A DNA stretch of 64,000 nt from Octopus vulgaris (taxonomy: Eukaryota), in NCBI GenBank assembly GCA_951406725.2, contig OX597828.1:3720001-3784000 (forward strand), in the 5' to 3' direction. Below the pieces are notes generated by a model. That model ran no database searches, was not told where the DNA came from, and saw only the letters and a program-made list of their open reading frames with translations. The translations under genes were made by a program, and so were the position numbers. Below are positions 54,150 through 64,000 of the stretch, piece by piece (positions within the stretch are counted from its first letter, which is position 1; each line of letters opens with the position of its first letter).

Positions 54150-55010
54150 CGTTTGGGGGAAACAACGGAATCGGGGTCACAAGCGTAATTACCTGAGGTC
54201 ACTAGATCTGAATGTAATAATCATCAGCAAGAACAGGTTTTCCAAAATTCGCACCTCAGCACCCAATCTTGTCGAGATCTTCCCAGACCGATGTGGTGGC
54301 GGCGTGGATTAGCAGCGCTGTTTTGGAAAGGCCAGTGTCTTGAGATATTTTAGCTCTTTCTGGAGGGTAAGGTGGTAGTACGAGTTGCCGTCTATGTCTT
54401 GATGGGGTCAGGGCGACGAAATTTCTTCATCTGTCTGAACGCAGTCATGGTAACGTCCCTGGAAGACCATCTAGGATACCACTTTGGATTATATAAAGCT
54501 AACTTTTTCTAGACTCCGACACCGCCACTCACTGCGGTTTGTGCTCATACCACATCTTGCCCCACTTTTCGCACAGTTTCCACTGTAGCACTTTCTCTAC
54601 ATGGTCGTGTCGCCAGAACTTGCAGTGGTTTCAGGCAAGTCTAGGGCATTCGTTTGTGATATGGGCAATGGTTTCAGCCACCGCATATGCGGCACAGCGG
54701 AGACATTTGCTCAATCCTAAGGTTGATCCTCCAGTTCGTGGCCAAAACTTGGTCTTGTTTTGCCAATATAGTGCTCTTGGTCTGTTTTTTTTTAGGGTTC
54801 CTTTCATTAGCCAATCCCACCTATTTTTTTTGAGCAATTTCTGTTGTGGCCATATTTGATTGTGGCTATAATTGATTATGTTGTCCCGTTTTGCGTAATT
54901 TTTCTATCTGTCCTTTTTGCACTTCTTTTGCTTTTTCCCTTTTTCTCTGCTTTCAATACTCCGTCGTTCCTAACTGTGACCGGTAAGTTTTTCTTACTTT
55001 GGCAAGGTGT
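54150..55010 (-). mobile_element. R4/Dong-clade LINE 3' fragment
   Basis: RWDWLMKGTLKK, CRIC..ETIAHITNECPRLA..WRHDHV..LQWKLC..WYEHKP, and a terminal QNSAANPRR/LQKTALL-like region. It abuts the (AAT)/(AAC) array. Confidence 0.85.
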
Positions 55011-55014
55011 TGTA

Positions 55015-55033
55015 AGTAATAATAATAACGACG

Positions 55034-55071
<38 letters not shown>

Positions 55072-55096
55072 AATAATAATAATAATGATTATTATC

Positions 55097-55168
<72 letters not shown>
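55015..55168. repeat. (AAT)/(AAC)n followed by inverted (ATT)n array
   Basis: Orientation switch near 55088. Confidence 0.9.
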
Positions 55169-56072
55169 TCCCCAAGGTCCTTTTGCGTTTCAGTCAATCG
55201 TGATCGATAAAATAAATACCAGCTGAGCAACGGTATTTCAGTATAACATACTCCAGACATTTCAGGTCTTGTGATAGTAGAGAGAAGCATTATTGCTATT
55301 GTCGATGATGGTCTTGCTGCTGATGTTTCAAAAACACCTCCCAGAACAGAGAACAAGCCACACGCTTTCTTCTTTTTTTTTTTCGTAAAACGGAAATTAG
55401 AGGAGTCTTTCTGTTTCTCCGACATGCGTCATCTTCGGGTTGGATTGAACGCAAATTCGATTGCTCAATACCTTAAGTCTATAGGCATACATTTGATAGC
55501 TATGAAGAAACCAGAATTTCGATAATACGCATACATACACTGATCTGAAAAATGAGTATATATTTGCATAAATTTGCATATATTCATGAGTCCAAATCAA
55601 GACCAGAACCTAAGTGCACAGCAGTTATACCCCAGAAAAAAAGTAATAAACCCTGTTCTCTAAGAATGATAATTAGTGTTTTTATAAACAAGGAAGGGCC
55701 GAGTGTGTTGGTATTTTACAGAAAATAAAAGAAGGAAGCGTCGAACGCAGGATAGTTTCGAAAACAGGTTTGAAGTTAGGGTAAATATTTTTATAAGACG
55801 GGAAAAGTTGGTCAGCAAATATTAGATTGTCAAATTATTCTTAATTTCTTGAAAGACTCCCAAGTTTTCATTAACGGTTGCTAACAATTAGAGCCGTGGT
55901 TTTTTCTTTCCTCTCTATGCACCATGGAAGTTCATTAAATTAAAATCTTATCGCATACACGTACAAACACGCGAAGCACACACAAAAATGAATTCACATG
56001 CATGTACAAACACGCACTATATATATCAGAGTATAGATACATCCCTCTAAATAGTTGTTTATACACACACAC

Positions 56073-56143
<71 letters not shown>

Positions 56144-56438
56144 CACACACAAACACACACATATATATATATATATTATATATGTATGCATGTATGCATG
56201 TGTGGGTATCCGTGCGTGTACTTATCTACATTGATGCACATATAGGGTATTTAATCATGTATATTCGGAACCTTGATTGGCTGACGTCATACTTTGTACA
56301 TATATTGATATATTTGAATATATCCAAACCTAACTTTACTGCATACATTGAACAGTTGCATCCTTGTAAATATAAAACTCACACAGATATAGACGCCCCC
56401 GTACATAAATACAAATATAAATATATATATATATATAA

Positions 56439-56500
<62 letters not shown>

Positions 56501-56609
56501 GAAAGCATTTTCAGGATTTTCTTTATGTCACTGCAATCATAAATATTCATCCCAAAATTCTCGTCAGAAATCCCTGTACAATATATGTATGCATGCATGT
56601 ATGTATGTA

Positions 56610-56673
<64 letters not shown>

Positions 56674-57088
56674 TACATATATGTATATGTATAAATGTAT
56701 ATATATATATATATACATACATATGTACACATTTATAGATATATGTTTATACATATATGAATAGCATATGATGAAAGAGTCCAACGATCCAAGGAAAAAT
56801 TTAGCAGTTAAATGAAATGAGGAAACCGTAGCCATTTTGTCGATTAAATTTGCTTTAGGTCGATGTAACCTTGAAATTTATTGTTTCTTGTTTTTTGTTT
56901 TTTCTTTATAGTTTAACAAGCCTATTTCATTAATGTTCTAACCAAGTGGATGGTTTTGTAGTTGCTGCTATCAAGAGATTCTAATTTTCACGCTGATGGA
57001 ATCAAACGCTATATCAGAAAAATGACATCAAACGCCTCAAACATGTATTTGAACTGGCATATATTTAGGAAACACACACTTTTTAAAT

Positions 57089-57185
<97 letters not shown>

Positions 57186-58363
57186 CATATATACATATAT
57201 ATGTGTTTGTGTGTGTGTGTGTGTGTGTGCGAGTGTATGAATGTGTATATCTGTCTGCATCTGTGTGCGTTTTAATGTATACATATATATTTGCATACAT
57301 CCATTTTGTGCTAACAGCATTCTTTATTAGCATACACATGCTAAACACTTCCGATTATATACAAACACTCAAACGCGCTTTGGTTTGTACATAAATACGC
57401 TAATGTATGCATAAAGATTCTAATAGAACTCGCTATCTTGATGCCTGTATATATATGTATCCGTTTATGAACATTGTTGTATATCTGTTGATGGTTGCAA
57501 TCATAATATGGCTTGATTTATTTAAAATATTATTATGCAGTCTAAGGGCTTACAGTTATTGGCCCTTTAATAAAATATCAACTCTGGTATTAAATTAGAA
57601 ACGAAGATAAAAAGAAAGGCATAAACAACAAGCAATGGGTGCATATTCGATCAGTCACTACAACCTATCAATAATCCTTACCTCCATATGCTGCTAGACA
57701 GAAGGCTTCGCCTCCTGCAAAGCATTTTTCAACATATTCTAACATATAGAAACGTTGAAGACATGTGCTGTGCATATAAGATATTGAAGAATAATGTTCA
57801 TTCGCGAAGAATAAATATATTTGAATCACATCATAATCAAATACTATTCAATATATTGTGAATATTACTATTAATTAAAGCAAATTGAATCTCTCTCCCT
57901 GATGACGTTCTCTGTATTCCTTAAAATTATTCTGAAACCAGAAAAATATTGTCCTTGTATATTTTCTGAGAAAGAAATATTCCACATTGCATTATAATAT
58001 TTACCATACTTAGTTTGTAACTATTCGTTCGTGCGCAGTCAAAATATAACCGTATCAGTTTATGCCGGTTCCTTTTTCTACAAAATAATGTGCCGAAACT
58101 TCTCTGTATGAGATCTCAAATAATATTGTCTATGCAAAACACATTCTCTGTGCATCTCTCATATGCACATAAAAAATACTATTCAGAGACCTATCGAAAT
58201 ATTATAATACAGCTCACACAACACACGTTCTACACAATCATCGTCCAATGAAATGAAACAACACATCCTCTAATATCATCTACAACGATACTAGAGCGTC
58301 AACATTGATTGAACAAAGAATGCGTGCAGATCAGTTTTGCTGCTCTCTCCGCATTTCAAAATA

Positions 58364-58745
58364 TTGGGTTGTTCGGAAAGTTCGTGCCGATTTTTAAAGG
58401 AAAGAAAATGGCTAAAAAATACTTGCCATTACATTTTTAATCAACCAAATATGAACCATTTTGTTGCACAATGCGTCTCCATCTTTCCTTTAACTTGAAA
58501 ATACCCTCTTCCCACAATTGAGGTGGTTTCATGGCAAGCAATTCATCAAGGTATCTTTTTACGTCATCCAAAGAACTGAAATTTTTACCACTAAGACTAT
58601 TCTGATGATACCTGAATAAGTGGAAATCCGAAGGAGCAATATCTGGTGAATATGGAATGTGAACTGCAGCAATTTTTGTCTGGTTCCCAAAGAAACGTGC
58701 GGTCTTGCATGAACTTATCTTGCATGAACTTTCCGGACAACCCAA
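58364..58745 (-). mobile_element. 382-bp internally deleted mariner (MITE-like) with TA TSD
   Basis: TIRs TTGGGTTGTTCGGAAAGTTCGTGC and GCATGAACTTTCCGGACAACCCAA. It retains only the C-terminus PYSPDIAPSDFHLFR..GIFKLKERWRRIVQQNGSYLVD*. Confidence 0.92.
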
Positions 58746-59009
58746 TATCTTACCGAATATCGGTTAGTCAAGACCAATACTCTGTAAGTACAAAGATGAG
58801 TCAAATTCTTCATTCACGTCGGCGCCTTGAATCTCTCCGAAAAAAAAAACACCGCTTATCTGCTAAATGTTCTTATTGCATAACTTTAATCTACCTCCTT
58901 GTCCAACTCATAGAGAGGGATAGCGATTGACAATAGTCCAAGTACCTGACACCAAAAAAGTTTTGATATTTTTTGGCTCTCACAGCGAGGCGAGCTTCGG
59001 AAAGACATC

Positions 59010-59700
59010 CTTTACAAACATTGAGGACAAACTATGCGAAACGCAGGATTGATAAGACAACAACCAAGGGCAACACATGCAGAATGTGTAGTGAAATAGT
59101 GTAGCATATTGTTAGTGAAAGCCGAAAGTCGGCGCAACGTGAATGCAAATGGTGACATGACAATGTGTCAAGAATAATCCATTAGGAGTTTTGTGGAAAT
59201 TACGGCTTAAGTATATCAAAAACTTAGAATGATCAAATCCCAGAATTTACTGAAAATGAGGATTGCAAAATCCTGTAGGATGCAATGGTCCAATGTGATC
59301 ATTAGATTAAACACAGACAGCTTGACATTGTAGCGAACAGAAAAGAGAAAAACATGCCTAATAATTAACATACCTTGATCTGGCGACTAAGGATTGAAGA
59401 GAAAGAAGAAAAGTGAACAACTATGATGAATTGAAGTGGGAAAGACGCAGGTTATGGGTACTGAAGAATTGGTGCACTTGGAAGTATCTGCATCCAAATA
59501 ACAGCAGGACTCCAAAAGACTGGAATTAATGTAAAAGTAGAACACCAATAAAATTATCATTGCTTGGAACTGCAAGAGTACTCTGTTGGGTTCTTGAAGC
59601 CTGATCAGTAAACAAGTGTCACTTTAGTCTACTGGCTGTCGACAGTTGATAAATTCCAATCACATCCAGGAAAATAAAGTTGAAACTTTTTACATAACAA
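59010..59700 (+). mobile_element. R4/Dong-clade LINE 3' fragment, heavily decayed
   Basis: LRTNYAKRRID..CRMC..HIVSE..HDNVSRIIH..ENEDCKIL*D..IKHRQLDIV..IGALGS..LLGTARVLCWVLE*, followed by AAC/GAC/GAT repeats. Confidence 0.85.
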
Positions 59701-59943
59701 CAACGACGATGACGACGACTACGATGTTGATGATGATGATGAAAATGATAATGATATTTTTTTTTATTTGCCACAAGAACGTAGGATAATCTACAAGTGT
59801 GTAGTTGTTTAAATTAAAGATGAGGAGAAATAAAGGTTAAAGTTGACAATAAGTGCATATTGCCAAAGAGTGTAAACTTTATTTGCTTTACCGAAAATAT
59901 TTAGTAATGTGTCAGTCCTTCCGACGGCGTATGTACGTGTATA

Positions 59944-59981
<38 letters not shown>

Positions 59982-60264
59982 TGTGTGCGTGTGTTTATGT
60001 ATGCATGTATGTAGATGTTCGGATGTTGAGTTTCGCGCAAAACATAGACGAGTGCTATTCAATACAAACGAAATACCTTCTTCGCGTCTCCAGTATCAGG
60101 CCACTGCGATCACCTGAGGATTTGCTGGTGATCGCCTTGGAGAGAAACATGAGCCGTGAAAAAGGATTCACTGTGAAGATATCCATACATATATTTATTT
60201 CTGTGCGTGTAAGCGTCGATAAACATAGAATTATATATACACACACAGACGTGTAAATACCTAT

Positions 60265-60339
<75 letters not shown>

Positions 60340-61399
60340 AACACACATATGCATACCCACAAACACATTAACGCATACATGTGTACACTCACACTGGCGT
60401 GTGTTTGTAACGAGAAACATCTTTGATTCGGCTTAAACTCATATATCAGTACATCAAAGATTCTCATACTATATTTATTCAACCATTATGCTATCATAAG
60501 AAGGAGGAAGGAAAAATCAGAAGTATATATAATACACATATATAATACTATTAGTGACTACTTCTAATGTTCAAATATCTGTTATTAAAGCTAGAAAACT
60601 AGGTGGGCTTTCTAGCTATAAGTCTGCAACTATTTTTAAAATTCTCCTGACTTGTCTACATAAAGAGAACACAAGTTTTAATTTCTGCCTTTCTTCCTCG
60701 GAAACCTGTGTTATATTTGGAACTTAGTTTACAAGCGATATCACTAGATTATTATGTATTTTTAATATAAAAAATAGAAATACACGGTCGTAGAAACAGA
60801 TATACTTGCATTAGACAGACATAAATTGCCTTCTGTCTGTCTAGCTATCGATTAATATATGTATCTATCTTACTCTGAATATATACACATGCATACATAA
60901 ATAGATATATATGCATACATACATACATAAATACGTACATACGTAAATATATACATACGTACCAAAGTACGGAATTGAGGCATAAAGAAACTAAAATTGT
61001 CATCAATGTACCATACTTGTATATACACGTTGAAAGTCAAGATTCTGCAATGTTTGTTCGAGATCAAATCTCTTATTGATGCGTTGTGTTAACAATATAG
61101 TATCATATCGTAATACGAAATATTGTACCGGCCAGCAAGAACGCCATATAAGTTTCGGCCTCTGCGGGTCTTCACAATAACGGTCCTTGACACACCTAGA
61201 GCTACTTCTAGCTCTACTAGCACTGAGATGTTGTATGGGAAATTGTTTGTGAATTAACAATGATAATGGTTTTATGTAGAGGGAATTTTCACAATTTTCA
61301 AGCGATCCACTTAAAAAGATGTCATATTCGATGAAAATGGTTTCAAACAAAATGGAATATATTATTCTATTTTGTGAATATGTATGTATGTATTCATGT

Positions 61400-61987
61400 A
61401 TGTTCTTGCGAGGATCCTGAGGACAGCTGATATCTTGAGTATTGATGCGATGGTGCACAAGTACCGGTTGCGTTGGACTGGACACCGTATTAGAATGAAG
61501 GATAGAAGGATTCCTAAGCAGATGCTCTATGGAGAACTCGTGAATGGAAGGAGACTCCGGCAGAAACCAAGGCTGCGATTTAAGGACTGTGTCAAGTACT
61601 CATTAAAGGCATGTGATATGCTGGACATTGACTGGGAGAACAATGCCTGTCATTGCCACAGATGGAGGAAGCAGGTTAAGGAAGGGATCGACACTTTTGA
61701 GAGAGCACCTATCCAGCATGAAGAACTTAAGCGAGCTGCGCGAAAGCGCACACGGCTCGTATAGTGAATGGGGAAAGCTTGGTCTGCAATGTTTGCAGTC
61801 GTGTATGCTTGTCAAAAGCAGGGCTCATTAGCCACCAACGGAGCCGCAAATGCAAAATATATGTTAGTCCTAGAGCGCACAATGTTCCTGAAGGTCGGCA
61901 ATGGTCTTCCTCGGTCACGAATGGATGGCCATCATGTATGTATGTATGTATGTATGTATGTATGTATGTATGTATGTATGTATGTAT
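61400..61987 (+). mobile_element. RTE (BovB-like) LINE 3' end with (ATGT)n tail
   Basis: RLRWTGHRIRMKDRRIPKQMLYGEL..RLRFKDCVK, Zn finger CNVCSRVCLSKAGLISHQR, and 3' CAATGGTCTTCCTCGG..GGCCATC followed by (ATGT)n. Confidence 0.92.
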
Positions 61988-63814
61988 TTACGTATCAACT
62001 GCTCTCACCCACCGTCGCAATCTGTAATCGTTTTTTTTTATTGACGTAAGAACGCATTTTCAAGCTGTTAAAAAAACTGGATGAAAGATTTTGAGGATTG
62101 TCTGTCGTATGGTTTTGGTTTCTAGAAGTGTTGTACAAATATGATTTTTAGAGGAGATACTGGAGTTCACTGGGCGGGGTATGTGATATTGGTGGTTTGC
62201 ACCACCTCATATGTCATGTGTTTTTATCAGTTTTTATCATTGTTGCTAACAGTTGTTCTCATAATGCCGGTTGCCTTACTCAATATGACGGTTAACATTC
62301 AAACCAGAATATCATAGAGAATAGTAAAAAGTAGCCTGCATATGTATTTTCATAATTTTATGTCATCGATAGAAGAAAAAAATGTTACGAAAGTAATTAG
62401 TGATTCGTTATTTTCCAAGGAATGTTTCTTGATGATGTTATATAAAAGTCACCCTTTATCAAAGATGCCTGCGAGGAAGGTTTTTTTTTACATTTTACCT
62501 GACACATCGTGTAATTAGCTCTACATTAACTAAATTGTCATTCTTTTTCTTTTGTTTCATTGTATATTTTACATATTTGATTTATTGTATATTTTACATA
62601 TGTTCTCGTATGTTAAGGAACTACATAGAGAGGCCTATGACGGTCCTGGACTTCCTGTTACTTTCCAAGCAGTCTGATAGTAGGTTATCTGTAAACAGTG
62701 TTGTGTAAAGAAGTATTCTTGACCAGCTGTGTTTAGTAATATGATCTCGTAGCACAGTTATGTATTCTATCATGTATACATACATACTTACATATACACA
62801 TATATGTATTATATATATTTTCATACATACAAACAAACATATATATATATATAGATATAAATTATTTGGAAATGGATGCCTGGCGTTCGATTATATAATA
62901 ATATAAATAATATATAAGTATCTGTATATATACATACATATATGTACACACCTACATATCTATGTATATATGCATGCATATATGGGTACAGGACATAAAA
63001 AACGTGAATAAAAAGAGAAACGAAAACATAAAAAATTCATTAAAAAAAAGATTTTTTTTCGAACAACGAAAGAAACAAATAGAGAAACGAGACAGGAAAC
63101 AAACATAAAAAAACATTCCCTTCATCAGTTGTCCCCTGTTTTTTCTACTCAGGACAGTGAAAACAAAACAGTAAAAACAAACGGTGAAGGTTGTTAGGCC
63201 AAAATGATGTGAAGTGGTGAACGCTGGAAAAACGAGCTTTGAGAAGGGACAGGTAAAAGTACGTTTTGTCTTAAGGAAGGAAGTGGAAGAAAGAAAGCTG
63301 GATAGCCGTTGATCACGTGTGAGCAACGAGAGAGTCAAGGAAGAGGAGTGAAAGAGAGAGGGAACGGTGAAAGAGAGAGAAGAATGGGGAAATGGTGGGA
63401 GGGAAAAACAGAAAGGAAAAAGAACAAGAGAGGGAGATAGAGAGAAAAAATAGAGATAGAATAAGAATACGCCTCTATTATTTCTATCTCCATGCCTCAC
63501 TGTCCTGTTTTTGTTACCACTTTGACTCTCTGCAAAAAATTTCAAATTTTATTTAATTTGCTTTGCGGGAAGGACCCTTTTAACGAAGTCTCGTCTTGTC
63601 CTGATCTTCGAAATGCGGAGTAGATAAAACAGGGGACCACAGAAAACAATTGTTTAAAATGCCATGGCAATTTAAACATTAGAAATGTAGGTGAGAAAAC
63701 AGACGGCAAGGAAGGAATTTGACATGAAAAATATCAAGTCAAAGTCAGAGTCCGGTTATAATGTTTCTTAGTTGCTCAGCGAGGGTTTAAAATTTCTCCG
63801 TCATTGTACGTAAA

Positions 63815-64000
63815 AATACCCGCCAGGAAAAAAAACCAACAACATATATCCTGCTGCATTTAAACTAAAAGTTATTGAAGTTGCTGAGAAGACAAATAAC
63901 TGTGTAGCAGCAAGAGAATTTTGAATTTGTGAATCGATCGTTGATTCATGGAAGAGAATATCAGTTGAAACTATTGTCAGATCATGCAAGAAATGTGGAA
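63815..64000 (+). mobile_element. Internally deleted pogo-family transposase remnant
   Basis: YPAAFKLKVIEVAEKTNNCVAAREF (Brinker-type DNA-binding N-terminus) is joined directly to IVDSWKRISVETIVRSCKKCG (DDE_1 C-terminal motif). Confidence 0.75.

Noticed and set aside
61145-61190. Minus-strand GTGAAGA..GGCCGAAAC motif
   Set aside because: Core mismatch, with no coherent stems or NUH site.
63040-63136. Minus-strand CTGATGA...TTCGAAAA hammerhead-like motif in a pLTR-like repeat (62985-63620)
   Set aside because: Stem II is poor and there is no stem III or stem I closure. It may be a relic but I cannot support it.

Overview
AT-rich eukaryotic non-coding DNA. It is most likely an octopus or other coleoid cephalopod genome, inferred from the tRNA-derived SINE families and the extreme (TA)n/(TATC)n/(CATA)n load. 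I cannot support any intact host protein-coding gene; most long ORFs in the track are microsatellite read-throughs. The window is full of decayed transposons. DNA elements: three mariners, a Tc1, a pogo remnant, hAT and other MITEs, and head-to-tail Helitron derivatives. Retroelements: two Penelope-like elements (one Naiad-like), four R4/Dong-clade LINE fragments, several RTE-clade LINEs, a probable tyrosine-recombinase remnant and many SINEs. The most notable observation is an apparently complete, extended type-I hammerhead ribozyme at 48172-48252, inside the internal segment of a long-TIR DNA element. Also notable are several Penelope-type minimal hammerheads (some in fold-back palindromes between microsatellites), a twin-priming-type 5'-inverted RTE insertion with an 11-bp TSD, and LINEs that appear to sit in specific microsatellites. 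All family assignments come from motifs recognised by eye, not from database searches.
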